Source: Auanema rhodensis (lineage: Eukaryota > Animalia > Nematoda). From it: DNA of 64,000 nucleotides. Below are positions 1 through 14,104 of the stretch, piece after piece. The notes beneath the pieces were generated by a model. It was given only the letters and a program-made list of their open reading frames with translations, made no database searches and was not told the origin of the DNA. The stretch lies in the NCBI GenBank assembly GCA_964057225.1, contig OZ059895.1:10478001-10542000 (forward strand). The letters run 5' to 3'. Each line of letters opens with the position of its first letter. The stretch's first letter is position 1. Made by a program: the position numbers and the translations under genes.

Positions 1-3000
1 AGTTTTAAAATGTTTATTTTTAGCCCTAGAAATACGTGCAACATCTTATTATCTAAGAAAATTTGAAAATTAAATAATTGAAAAAGTAAAACAGATTTTC
101 TCAGCACAGAAACATATTAATCATATTTTAAGGCGGGCTAAAGTTGCTATTTTGTTCGATTTTCATGAAAAAATAAAAATTTTAAAATGTTTATTTTTAG
201 CCCTAGAAATACGTGCAACATCTTACTCAACTCAAAATCAACTGTTTGATAATATAAATTAGGGTTTGTGAGCATATATCCATAGTAATCATGTTTTGCG
301 GCGGTTTCAACTTGCTATTTCGTTTGATTTTTATGAAAAATTAAATATTCTAAAACTTTTATTTCTTGTCCTAGAAATACGTGCTACATCTCATTAAACT
401 AAGAATTAGTTGATTGAAAAGGCAAAACAAATTTTGTGAGCATATACCCATAGTAATCATGTTTTGCGGCGTGCTCAAGTTGCTATTTTGTTCGATTTTT
501 ATGAAAAATTAAATATTTTCAAATGTTTATTTTTTGCCCTAGAAATATGTGCAACATCTTATTATCTAAGAAAATTTGAAAATTAAATGATTGAAAAAGT
601 AAAACAGATTTTGTTAGCACAGAAACATATTGATCATATTTTACGGCGGGCTCAAGTTGCTATTTTGTTCGATTTTCATGAAAAAATAAAAATTTTAAAA
701 TGTTTATTTTCAGCCCTAGAAATACGTGCAACATCTTATTCAACTCAAAATCAACTGTTTGATAATATAAATTAGGTTTTGTGAGCATATATCCATAGTA
801 ATCATGTTTTGCGGCGGGTTCAACTTGCTATTTCGTTTGTTTTTTATGAAAAATTAAATATTTTAAAAATTTTATTTCTTGTCCTAGAAATACGTGCTAC
901 ATCTCATTAAACTAAGAATTAGTTGATTGAGAAGGCAAAACAAATTTTGTTAGCACAGAACCATATTAATCATATTTTCCGGCGGGCTCAAGTTTCTATT
1001 TTGTTCGATTTTCATGAAAAAATAAAAGTTTTAAAATGTTTATTTTTAGCCCTAGAAATACGTGCAACATCTTATTATCTGAGAAAATTTGAAAATTAAA
1101 TGATTGAAAAAGTAAAACAGATTTTGTTAGCACAGAAACATATTAATCATATTTTAATTTAAGGCGGGCTCAAGTTGCTATTTTGTTCGATTTTCATGAA
1201 AAAATAAAAATTTTAAAATGTTTATTTTTAGCCCTAGAAATAAGTGCAACATCTTACTCAACTCAAAATCAACTGTTTGATAATATAAATTAGGTTTTGT
1301 GAGCATATATCCATAGTAATCATGTTTTGCGGCGGTTTCAACTTGCTATTTTGTTTGATTTTTATAAAAAATTAAATATTCTAAAACTTTTATTTCTTGT
1401 CCTAGAAATACGTGCTACATCTCATTAAACTAAGAATTAGTTGATTGAAAAGGCAAAACAAATTTTGTGAGCATATACCCATAGTAATCATGTTTTGCGG
1501 CGTGCTCAAGTTGCTATTTTGTTCGATTTTTATGAAAAATTAAATATTTTCAAATGTTTATTTTTCGCCCTAGAAATACGTGCAACATCTTATTATCTAA
1601 GAAAATTTGAAAATTAAATGATTGAAAAAATAAAACAGATTTTGTTAGCACAGAAACATATTAATCATATTTTACGGCGGGCTCAAGTTGCTATTTTGTT
1701 CGATTTTTATGAAAAATTGAAAATTTTAAAATGTTTATTTTTAGCCCTAGAATGACGTGCAAAATCTTATTCAACTCAAAATCAACTGTTTGATAATATA
1801 AATTAGGTTTTGTGAGCATATATCCATAGTAATCATGTTTTGCGGCGGGTTCAACTTGCTATTTCGTTTGATTTTTATGAAAAATTAAATATTTTAAAAA
1901 TTTTATTTCTTGTCCTAGAAATACGTGCTACATCTCATTAAACTAAGAATTAGTTGATTGAGAAGGCAAAACAAATTTTGTTAGCACAGAACCATATTAA
2001 TCATATTTTCCGGCGGGCTCAAGTTTCTATTTTGTTCGATTTTCATGAAAAAATAAAAGTTTTAAAATGTTTATTTTTAGCCCTAGAAATACGTGCAACA
2101 TCTTATTATCTGAGAAAATTTGAAAATTAAATGATTGAAAAAGTAAAACAGATTTTGTTAGCACAGAAACATATTAATCATATTTTAAGGCGGGCTCAAG
2201 TTGCTATTTTGTTCGATTTTCATGAGAAAATAAAAATTTTAAAATGTTTATTTTTAGCCCTAGAAATACGTGCAACATCTTACTCAACTCAAAATCAACT
2301 GTTTGATAATATAAATTAGGTTTTGTGAGCATATATCCATAGCAATCATGTTTTGCGGCGGGTTCAACTTGCTATTTCGTTTGATTTTTATGAAAAATTA
2401 AATATTCTAAAACTTTTATTTCTTGTCCTAGAAATACGTGCTACATCTCATTAAACTAAGAATTAGTTGATTGAGAAGGCAAAACAAATTTTGTTAGCAC
2501 AGAACCATATTAATCATATTTTCCGGCGGGCTCAAGTTGCTATTTTGTTCGATTTTAATGAAAAAATAAAAATTTTAAAATGTTTATTTTTAGCCCTAGA
2601 AATACGTGCAACATCTTACTCAACTCAAAATCAACTGTTTGATAATATAAATTAGGTTTTGTGAGCATATATCCATAGTAATCATGTTTTGCGGCGGTTT
2701 CAACTTGCTATTTCGTTTGATTTTTATGAAAAATTAAATATTTTCAAATGTTTATTTTTCGCCCTAGAAATACGTTCAACATCTTATTATCTAAGAAAAT
2801 TTGAAAATTAAATGATTGATAAAGTAAAACAGATTTTGTTAGCACAGAAACATATTGATCATATTTTAAGGCGGGCTCAAGTTGCTATTTTGTTCGATTT
2901 TAATGAAAAAATAAAAATTTTAAAATGTTTATTTTTAGCCCTAGAAATACGTGCAACATCTTATTCAACTCAAAATCAACTGTTTGATAAAACAAATTAG

Positions 3001-6000
3001 GTTTTGTGAGCATATATCCATAGTAATCATGTTTTGCGGCGGTTTCAACTTGCTATTTCGGTTGATTTTTATGAAAAATTAAATATTCTTAAAATTTTAT
3101 TTCTTGTCCTAGAAATACGTGCTACATCTCTTTAAACTAAGAATTAGTTGATTGAAAAGGCAAAACAAATTTTGTGAGCATATACCCATAGTAATCATGT
3201 TTTGCGGCGTGCTCAAGTTGCTATTTTGTTCGATTTTTATGAAAAATTAAATATTTTCAAATGTTTATTTTTCGCCCTAGAAATACGTGCAACATCTTAT
3301 TATCTAAGAAAATTTGAAAATTAAATGATTGAAAAAGTAAAACAGATTTTGTTAGCACAGAAACATATTAATCATATTTTACGGCGGGCTCAAGTTGCTA
3401 TTTTGTTCGATTTTCATGAAAAAATAAAAATTCTAAAAATTTTATTTCTTGTCCTAGAAATACGTGCTACATCTCTTTAAACTAAGAATTAGTTGATTGA
3501 GAAGGCAAAACAAATTTTGTTAGCACAGAACCATATTAATCATATTTTCCGGCGGGCTTAAGTTGCTATTTTGTTCAATTTTCATGAAAAAATAAAAATT
3601 TTTAAATGTTTATTTTTCGCCCTAGAAATACGTGCAACATCTTATTATCTGAGAAAATTTGAAAATTAAATGATTGATTAAGTAAAACAGATTTTGTTAG
3701 CACAGAAACATATTAATCATATTTTAAGGCGGGCTCAAGTTGCTATTTTGTTCGATTTTCATGAAAAAATAAAAGTTTTTAAATGTTTATTTTTCGCCCT
3801 AGAAATACGTGCAACATCTTATTATCTAAGAAAACTTGAAAATTAAATGATTGATTAAGTAAAACAGATTTTGTTAGCACAGAAACATATTAATCATATT
3901 TTAAGGCGGGCTCAAGTTGCTATTTTGTTCGATTTTCATGAAAAAATAAAAGTTTTAAAATGTTTATTTTTAGCCCTAGAAATACGTGCAACATCTTATT
4001 ATCTAAGAAAATTTGAAAATTAAATAATTGAAAAAGTAAAACAGATTTTCTTAGCACAGAAACATATTAATAATATTTTAAGGCGGGCTAAAGTTGCTAT
4101 TTTGTTCGATTTTCATGAAAAAATAAAAATTTTAAAATGTTTATTTTTAGCCCTAGAAATACGTGCAACATCTTACTCAACTCAAAATCAACTGTTTGAT
4201 AATATAAATTAGGTTTTGTGAGCATATATCCATAGTAATCATGTTTTGCGGCGGTTTCAACTTGCTATTTCGTTTGATTTTTATGAAAAATTAAATATTC
4301 TAAAACTTTTATTTCTTGTCCTAGAAATACGTGCTACATCTCATTAAACTAAGAATTAGTTGATTGAAAAGGCAAAACAAATTTTGTGAGCATATACTCA
4401 TAGTAATCATGTTTTGCGGCGTGCTCAAGTTGCTATTTTGTTCGATTTTTATGAAAAATTAAATATTTTCAAATGTTTATTTTTTGCCCTAGAAATATGT
4501 GCAACATCTTATTATCTAAGAAAATTTGAAAATTAAATGATTGAAAAAGTAAAACAGATTTTGTTAGCACAGAAACATATTAATCATATTTTACGGCGGG
4601 CTCAAGTTGCTATTTTGTTCGATTTTCATGAAAAAATAAAAATTTTAAAATGTTTATTTTCAGCCCTAGAAATACGTGCAACATCTTATTATCTAAGAAA
4701 ATTTGAAAATTAAATGATTGAAAAAGTAAAACAGATTTTGTTAGCACAGAAACATATTAATCATATTTTACGGCGGGCTCAAGTTGCTATTTTGTTCGAT
4801 TTTTATGAAAAATTGAAAATTTTAAAATGTTTATTTTTAGCCCTAGAAATACGTGCAAAATCTTATTCAACTCAAAATCAACTGTTTGATAATATAAATT
4901 AGGTTTTGTGAGCATATATCCATAGTAATCATGTTTTGCGGCGGGTTCAACTTGCTATTTCGTTTGATTTTTATGAAAAATTAAATATTTTAAAAATTTT
5001 ATTTCTTGTCCTAGAAATACGTGCTACATCTCATTAAACTAAGAATTAGTTGATTGAGAAGGCAAAACAAATTTTGTTAGCACAGAACCATATTAATCAT
5101 ATTTTCCGGCGGGCTCAAGTTGCTATTTTGTTCGATTTTCATGAGAAAATAAAAATTTTAAAATGTTTATTTTTAGCCCTAGAAATACGTGCAACATCTT
5201 ACTCAACTCAAAATCAACTGTTTGATAATATAAATTAGGTTTTGTGAGCATATATCCATAGCAATCATGTTTTGCGGCGGGTTCAACTTGCTATTTCGTT
5301 TGATTTTTATGAAAAATTAAATATTCTAAAACTTTTATTTCTTGTCCTAGAAATACGTGCTACATCTCATTAAACTAAGAATTAGTTGATTGAGAAGGCA
5401 AAACAAATTTTGTTAGCACAGAACCATATTAATCATATTTTCCGGCGGGCTCAAGTTGCTATTTTGTTCGATTTTTATGAAAAAATAAAAATTTTAAATT
5501 GTTTATTTTTAGCCCTAGAAATACGTGCAACATCTTATTATCTAAGAAAATTTGAAAATTAAATAATTGAAAAAGTAAAACAGATTTTGTTAGCACAGAA
5601 ACATATTGATCATATTTTAAGGCGGGCTCAAGTTGCTATTTTGTTCGATTTTAATGAAAAAATAAAAATTTTAAAATGTTTATTTTTAGCCCTAGAAATA
5701 CGTGCAACATCTTACTCAACTCAAAATCAACTGTTTGATAATATAAATTAGGTTTTGTGAGCATATATCCATAGTAATCATGTTTTGCGGCGGTTTCAAC
5801 TTGCTATTTCGTTTGATTTTTATGAAAAATTAAATATTTTCAAATGTTTATTTTTCGCCCTAGAAATACGTGCAACATCTTATTATCTAAGAAAATTTGA
5901 AAATTAAATGATTGATAAAGTAAAACAGATTTTGTTAGCACAGAAACATATTGATCATATTTTAAGGCGGGCTCAAGTTGCTATTTTGTTCGATTTTAAT

Positions 6001-9000
6001 GAAAAAATAAAAATTTTAAAATGTTTATTTTTAGCCCTAGAAATACGTGCAACATCTTATTCAACTCAAAATCAACTGTTTGATAATATAAATTAGGTTT
6101 TGTGAGCATATACCCATAGTAATCATGTTTTGCGGCGTGCTCAAGTTGCTATTTTGTTCGATTTTTATGAAAAATTAAATATTTTCAAATGTTTATTTTT
6201 CGCCCTAGAAATACGTGCAACATCTTATTATCTAAGAAAATTTGAAAATTAAATGATTGAAAAAATAAAACAGATTTTGTTAGCACAGAAACATATTAAT
6301 CATATTTTACGGCGGGCTCAAGTTGCTATTTTGTTCGATTTTTATGAAAAATTGAAAATTTTAAAATGTTTATTTTTAGCCCTAGAAATACGTGCAACAT
6401 CTTATTCAACTCAAAATCAACTGTTTGATAAAATAAATTAGGTTTTGTGAGCATATATCCATAGTGATCATGTTTTGCGGCGGGTTCAACTTGCTATTTC
6501 GTTTGATTTTTATGAAAAATTAAATATTCTAAAAATTTTATTTCTTGTCCTAGAAATACGTGCTACATCTCTTTAAACTAAGAATTAGTTGATTGAGAAG
6601 GCAAAACAAATTTTGTTAGCACAGAACCATATTAATCATATTTTCCGGCGGGCTTACGTTGCTATTTTGTTCAATTTTCATGAAAAAATAAAAATTTTTA
6701 AATGTTTATTTTTCGCCCTAGAAATACGTGCAACATCTTATTATCTAAGAAAACTTGAAAATTAAATGATTGATAAAGTAAAACAGATTTTGTTAGCACA
6801 GAAACATATTAATCATATTTTAAGGCGGGCTCAAGTTGCTATTTTGTTCGATTTTCATGAAAAAATAAAAGTTTTAAAATGTTTATTTTTAGCCCTAGAA
6901 ATACGTGCAACATCTTATTATCTAAGAAAATTTGAAAATTAAATAATTGAAAAAGTAAAACAGATTTTCTTAGCACAGAAACATATTAATCATATTTTAA
7001 GGCGGGCTAAAGTTGCTATTTTGTTCGATTTTCAGGAAAAAATAAAAATTTTAAAATGTTTATTTTTAGCCCTAGAAATACGTGCAACATCTTACTCAAC
7101 TCAAAATCAACTGTTTGATAATATAAATTAGGTTTTGTGAGCATATATCCATAGTAATCATGTTTTGCGGCGGTTTCAACTTGCTATTTCGTTTGATTTT
7201 TATGAAAAATTAAATATTCTAAAACTTTTATTTCTTGTCCTAGAAATACGTGCTACATCTCATTAAACTAAGAATTAGTTGATTGAGAAGGCAAAACAAA
7301 TTTTGTTAGCACAGAACCATATTAATCATATTTTCCGGCGGGCTCAAGTTTCTATTTTGTTCGATTTTCATGAAAAAATAAAAGTTTTAAAATGTTTATT
7401 TTTAGCCCTAGAAATACGTGCAACATCTTATTATCTGAGAAAATTTGAAAATTAAATGATTGAAAAAGTAAAACAGATTTTGTTAGCACAGAAACATATT
7501 AATCATATTTTAATTTAAGGCGGGCTCAAGTTGCTATTTTGTTCGATTTTCATGAAAAAATAAAAATTTTAAAATGTTTATTTTTAGCCCTAGAAATACG
7601 TGCAACATCTTACTCAACTCAAAATCAACTGTTTGATAATATAAATTAGGTTTTGTGAGCATATATCCATAGTAATCATGTTTTGCGGCGGTTTCAACTT
7701 GCTATTTTGTTTGATTTTTATGAAAAATTAAATATTCTAAAACTTTTATTTCTTGTCCTAGAAATACGTGCTACATCTCATTAAACTAAGAATTAGTTGA
7801 TTGAAAAGGCAAAACAAATTTTGTGAGCATATACCCATAGTAATCATGTTTTGCGGCGTGCTCAAGTTGCTATTTTGTTCGATTTTTATGAAAAATTAAA
7901 TATTTTCAAATGTTTATTTTTCGCCCTAGAAATACGTGCAACATCTTATTATCTAAGAAAATTTGAAAATTAAATAATTGAAAAAGTAAAACAGATTTTG
8001 TTAGCACAGAAACATATTGATCATATTTTAAGGCGGGCTCAAGTTGCTATTTTGTTCGATTTTAATGAAAAAATAAAAATTTTAAAATGTTTATTTTTAG
8101 CCCTAGAAATACGTGCAAAATCTTACTCAACTCAAAATCAACTGTTTGATAATATAAATTAGGTTTTGTGAGCATATATCCATAGTAATCATGTTTTGCG
8201 GCGGGTTCAACTTGCTATTTCGTTTGATTTTTATGAAAAATTAAATATTTTAAAAATTTTATTTCTTGTCCTAGAAATACGTGCTACATCTCATTAAACT
8301 AAGAATTAGTTGATTGAGAAGGCAAAACAAATTTTGTTAGCACAGAACCATATTAATCATATTTTCCGGCGGGCTCAAGTTTCTATTTTGTTCGATTTTC
8401 ATGAAAAAATAAAAGTTTTAAAATGTTTATTTTTAGCCCTAGAAATACGTGCAACATCTTATTATCTGAGAAAATTTGAAAATTAAATGATTGAAAAAGT
8501 AAAACAGATTTTGTTAGCACAGAAACATATTAATCATATTTTAATTTAAGGCGGGCTCAAGTTGCTATTTTGTTCGATTTTCATGAGAAAATAAAAATTT
8601 TAAAATGTTTATTTTTAGCCCTAGAAATACGTGCAACATCTTACTCAACTCAAAATCAACTGTTTGATAATATAAATTAGGTTTTGTGAGCATATATCCA
8701 TAGCAATCATGTTTTGCGGCGGGTTCAACTTGCTATTTCATTTGATTTTTATGAAAAATTAAATATTCTAAAACTTTTATTTCTTGTCCTAGAAATACGT
8801 GCTACATCTCATTAAACTAAGAATTAGTTGATTGAGAAGGCAAAACAAATTTTGTTAGCACAGAACCATATTAATCATATTTTCCGGCGGGCTCAAGTTG
8901 CTATTTTGTTCGATTTTTATGAAAAAATAAAAATTTTAAATTGTTTATTTTTAGCCCTAGAAATACGTGCAACATCTTATTATCTAAGAAAATTTGAAAA

Positions 9001-12000
9001 TTAAATAATTGAAAAAGTAAAACAGATTTTGTTAGCACAGAAACATATTGATCATATTTTAAGGCGGGCTCAAGTTGCTATTTTGTTCGATTTTAATGAA
9101 AAAATAAAAATTTTAAAATGTTTATTTTTAGCCCTAGAAATACGTGCAACATCTTACTCAACTCAAAATCAACTGTTTGATAATATAAATTAGGTTTTGT
9201 GAGCATATATCCATAGTAATCATGTTTTGCGGCGGTTTCAACTTGCTATTTCGTTTGATTTTTATGAAAAATTAAATATTTTCAAATGTTTATTTTTCGC
9301 CCTAGAAATACGTGCAACATCTTATTATCTAAGAAAATTTGAAAATTAAATGATTGATAAAGTAAAACAGATTTTGTTAGCACAGAAACATATTGATCAT
9401 ATTTTAAGGCGGGCTCAAGTTGCTATTTTGTTCGATTTTAATGAAAAAATAAAAATTTTAAAATGTTTATTTTTAGCCCTAGAAATACGTGCAACATCTT
9501 ATTCAACTCAAAATCAACTGTTTGATAAAATAAATTAGGTTTTGTGAGCATATATCCATAGTAATCATGTTTTGCGGCGGTTTCAACTTGCTATTTCGGT
9601 TGATTTTTATGAAAAATTAAATATTCTTAAAATTTTATTTCTTGTCCTAGAAATACGTGCTACATCTCTTTAAACTAAGAATTAGTTGATTGAAAAGGCA
9701 AAACAAATTTTGTGAGCATATACCCATAGTAATCATGTTTTGCGGCGTGCTCAAGTTGCTATTTTGTTCGATTTTTATGAAAAATTAAATATTTTCAAAT
9801 GTTTATTTTTCGCCCTAGAAATACGTGCAACATCTTATTATCTAAGAAAATTTGAAAATTAAATGATTGAAAAAGTAAAACAGATTTTGTTAGCACAGAA
9901 ACATATTAATCATATTTTACGGCGGGCTCAAGTTGCTATTTTGTTCAATTTTTATGAAAAATTGAAAATTTTAAAATGTTTATTTTTAGCCCTAGAAATA
10001 CGTGCAACATCTTATTCAACTCAAAATCAACTGTTTGATAAAATAAATTAGGTTTTGTGAGCATATATCCATAGTGATCATGTTTTGCGGCGGGTTCAAC
10101 TTGCTATTTCGTTTGATTTTTATGAAAAATTAAATATTCTAAAAATTTTATTTCTTGTCCTAGAAATACGTGCTACATCTCTTTAAACTAAGAATTAGTT
10201 GATTGAGAAGGCAAAACAAATTTTGTTAGCACAGAACCATATTAATCATATTTTCCGGCGGGCTTAAGTTGCTATTTTGTTCAATTTTCATGAAAAAATA
10301 AAAATTTTTAAATGTTTATTTTTCGCCCTAGAAATACGTGCAACATCTTATTATCTAAGAAAACTTGAAAATTAAATGATTGATAAAGTAAAACAGATTT
10401 TGTTAGCACAGAAACATATTAATCATATTTTAAGGCGGGCTCAAGTTGCTATTTTGTTCGATTTTCATGAAAAAATAAAAGTTTTAAAATGTTTATTTTT
10501 AGCCCTAGAAATACGTGCAACATCTTATTATCTAAGAAAATTTGAAAATTAAATAATTGAAAAAGTAAAACAGATTTTCTTAGCACAGAAACATATTAAT
10601 CATATTTTAAGGCGGGCTAAAGTTGCTATTTTGTTCGATTTTCATGAAAAAATAAAAATTTTAAAATGTTTATTTTTAGCCTCAGAAATACGTGCAACAT
10701 CTTATTATCTAAGAAAATTTGAAAATTAAATAATTGAAAAAGTAAAACCGATTTTGTTAGCCCAGAAACATATTAATCATATTTTAAGGCGGGCTCAAGT
10801 TGCTATTTTGTTCGATTTTCATGAAAAAATAAAAATTTTAAAATGTTTATTTTTAGCCCTAGAAATACGTGCAACATCTTACTCAACTCAAAATCAACTG
10901 TTTGATAATATAAATTAGATTTTGTGAGCATATATCCAAAGTGATCATGTTTTGCGGCGGTTTCAACTTGCTATTTCGTTTGATTTTTATGAAAAATTAA
11001 ATATTCTAAAAATTTTATTTCTTGTCCTAGAAATACGTGCTACATCTCTTTAAACTAAGAATTAGTTGATTGAGAAGGCAAAACAAATTTTGTTAGCACA
11101 GAACCATATTAATCATATTTTCCGTCGGGCTTAAGTTGCTATTTTGTTCAATTTTCATGAAAAAATAAAAATTTTTAAATGTTTATTTTTAGCCTCAGAA
11201 ATGCGTGCAACATCTTATTATCTAAGAAAACTTGAAAATTAAATGATTGATAAAGTAAAACAGATTTTGTTAGCACAGAAACATATTAATCATATTTTAA
11301 GGCGGGCTCAAGTTGCTATTTTGTTCGATTTTCATGAAAAAATAAAAATTTTAAAATGTTTATTTTTAGCCCTAGAAATACGTGCAACATCTTACTCAAC
11401 TCAAAATCAACTGTTTGATAATATAAATTAGGTTTTGTGAGCATATATCCATAGTAATCATATTTTGCGGCGGTTTCAACTTGCTATTTCGTTTGATTTT
11501 TATGAAAAATTAAATATTCTAAAACTTTTATTTCTTGTCCTAGAAATACGTGCTACATCTCATTAAACTAAGAATTAGTTGATTGAAAAGGCAAAACAAA
11601 TTTTGTGAGCATATACCCATAGTAATCATGTTTTGCGGCGTGCTCAAGTTGCTATTTTGTTCGATTTTTATGAAAAATTAAATATTTTCAAATGTTTATT
11701 TTTCGCCCTAGAAATATGTGCAACATCTTATTATCTAAGAAAATTTGAAAATTAAATGATTGAAAAAGTAAAACAGATTTTGTTAGCACAGAAACATATT
11801 AATCATATTTTAAGGCGGGCTCAAGTTGCTATTTTGTTCGATTTTCATGAAAAAATAAAAGTTTTAAAATGTTTATTTTTAGCCCTAGAAATACGTGCAA
11901 CATCTTATTATCTAAGAAAATTTGAAAATTAAATAATTGAAAAAGTAAAACAGATTTTCTTAGCACAGAAACATATTAATCATATTTTAAGGCGGGCTAA

Positions 12001-14104
12001 AGTTGCTATTTTGTTCGATTTTCATGAAAAAATAAAAATTTTAAAATGTTTATTTTTAGCCCTAGAAATACGTGCAACATCTTACTCAACTCAAAATCAA
12101 CTGTTTGATAATATAAATTAGGTTTTGTGAGCATATATCCATAGTAATCATGTTTTGCGGCGGTTTCAACTTGCTATTTCGTTTGATTTTTATGAAAAAT
12201 TAAATATTCTAAAACTTTTATTTCTTGTCCTAGAAATACGTGCTACATCTCATTAAACTAAGAATTAGTTGATTGAAAAGGCAAAACAAATTTTGTGAGC
12301 ATATACCCATAGTAATCATGTTTTGCGGCGTGCTCAAGTTGCTATTTTGTTCGATTTTTATGAAAAATTAAATATTTTCAAATGTTTATTTTTCGCCCTA
12401 GAAATATGTGCAACATCTTATTATCTAAGAAAATTTGAAAATTAAATGATTGAAAAAGTAAAACAGATTTTGTTAGCACAGAAACATATTAATCATATTT
12501 TACGGCGGGCTCAAGTTGCTATTTTGTTCGATTTTCATGAAAAAATAAAAATTTTAAAATGTTTATTTTTAGCCCTAGAAATACGTGCAACATCTTATTC
12601 AACTCAAAATCAACTGTTTGATAATATAAATTAGGTTTTGTGAGCATATATCCATAGTAATCATGTTTTGCGGCGGGTTCAACTTGCTATTTCGTTTGAT
12701 TTTTATGAAAAATTAAATATTTTAAAAATTTTATTTCTTGTCCTAGAAATACGTGCTACATCTCATTAAACTAAGAATTAGTTGATTGAGAAGGCAAAAC
12801 AAATTTTGTTAGCACAGAACCATATTAATCATATTTTCCGGCGGGCTCAAGTTTCTATTTTGTTCGATTTTCATGAAAAAATAAAAGTTTTAAAATGTTT
12901 ATTTTTAGCCCTAGAAATACGTGCAACATCTTATTATCTGAGAAAATTTGAAAATTAAATGATTGAAAAAGTAAAACAGATTTTGTTAGCACAGAAACAT
13001 ATTAATCATATTTTAATTTAAGGCGGGCTCAAGTTGCTATTTTGTTCGATTTTCATGAAAAAATAAAAATTTTAAAATGTTTATTTTTAGCCCTAGAAAT
13101 ACGTGCAACATCTTACTCAACTCAAAATCAACTGTTTGATAATATAAATTAGGTTTTGTGAGCATATATCCATAGTAATCATGTTTTGCGGCGGTTTCAA
13201 CTTGCTATTTTGTTTGATTTTTATGAAAAATTAAATATTCTAAAACTTTTATTTCTTGTCCTAGAAATACGTGCTACATCTCATTAAACTAAGAATTAGT
13301 TGATTGAAAAGGCAAAACAAATTTTGTGAGCATATACCCATAGTAATCATGTTTTGCGGCGTGCTCAAGTTGCTATTTTGTTCGATTTTTATGAAAAATT
13401 AAATATTTTCAAATGTTTATTTTTCGCCCTAGAAATACGTGCAACATCTTATTATCTAAGAAAATTTGAAAATTAAATGATTGAAAAAGTAAAACAGATT
13501 TTGTTAGCACAGAAACATATTAATCATATCTTACGGCGGGTTCAACTTGCTATTTCGTTTGATTTTTATGAAAAATTAAATATTTTAAAAATTTTATTTC
13601 TTGTCCTAGAAATACGTGCTACATCTCATTAAACTAAGAATTAGTTGATTGAGAAGGCAAAACAAATTTTGTTAGCACAGAACCATATTAATCATATTTT
13701 CCGGCGGGCTCAAGTTTCTATTTTGTTCGATTTTCATGAAAAAATAAAAGTTTTAAAATGTTTATTTTTAGCCCTAGAAATACGTGCAACATCTTATTAT
13801 CTGAGAAAATTTGAAAATTAAATGATTGAAAAAGTAAAACAGATTTTGTTAGCACAGAAACATATTAATCATATCTTACGGCGGGCTCAAGTTGCTATTT
13901 TGTTCGATTTTCATGAGAAAATAAAAATTTTAATATGTTTATTTTTAGCCCTAGAAATACGTGCAACATCTTACTCAACTCAAAATCAACTGTTTGATAA
14001 TATAAATTAGGTTTTGTGAGCATATATCCATAGCAATCATGTTTTGCGGCGGGTTCAACTTGCTATTTCGTTTGATTTTTATGAAAAATTAAATATTCTA
14101 AAAC
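1..14104. repeat. AT-rich tandem satellite array, left arm (168/177-bp monomers, classes A/B/C)
   Basis: The anchor CTAGAAATA(C/T)GTGC recurs at 26, 203, 371, 539, 716, giving spacings of 177, 168, 168, 177. Three head types follow the anchor: A aacatcttattatctaagaaaatttgaaaatt (177 bp), B aacatcttactcaactcaaaatcaactg (168 bp), C tacatctcattaaactaagaattagttg (168 bp). All monomers are head-to-tail and the array runs off the window start. Confidence 0.98.
14100..14104 (+). other. Target-site duplication, left copy (AAAAC)
   Basis: Left junction reads ttct-AAAAC-[TG. Empty monomers read ttctAAAACttttatttc with a single copy. Confidence 0.93.

Noticed and set aside
640-675. CENP-B-box-like CGGG and TTCG words in the monomer
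   Set aside because: Their order and spacing do not fit TTCGnnnnAnnCGGG on either strand.
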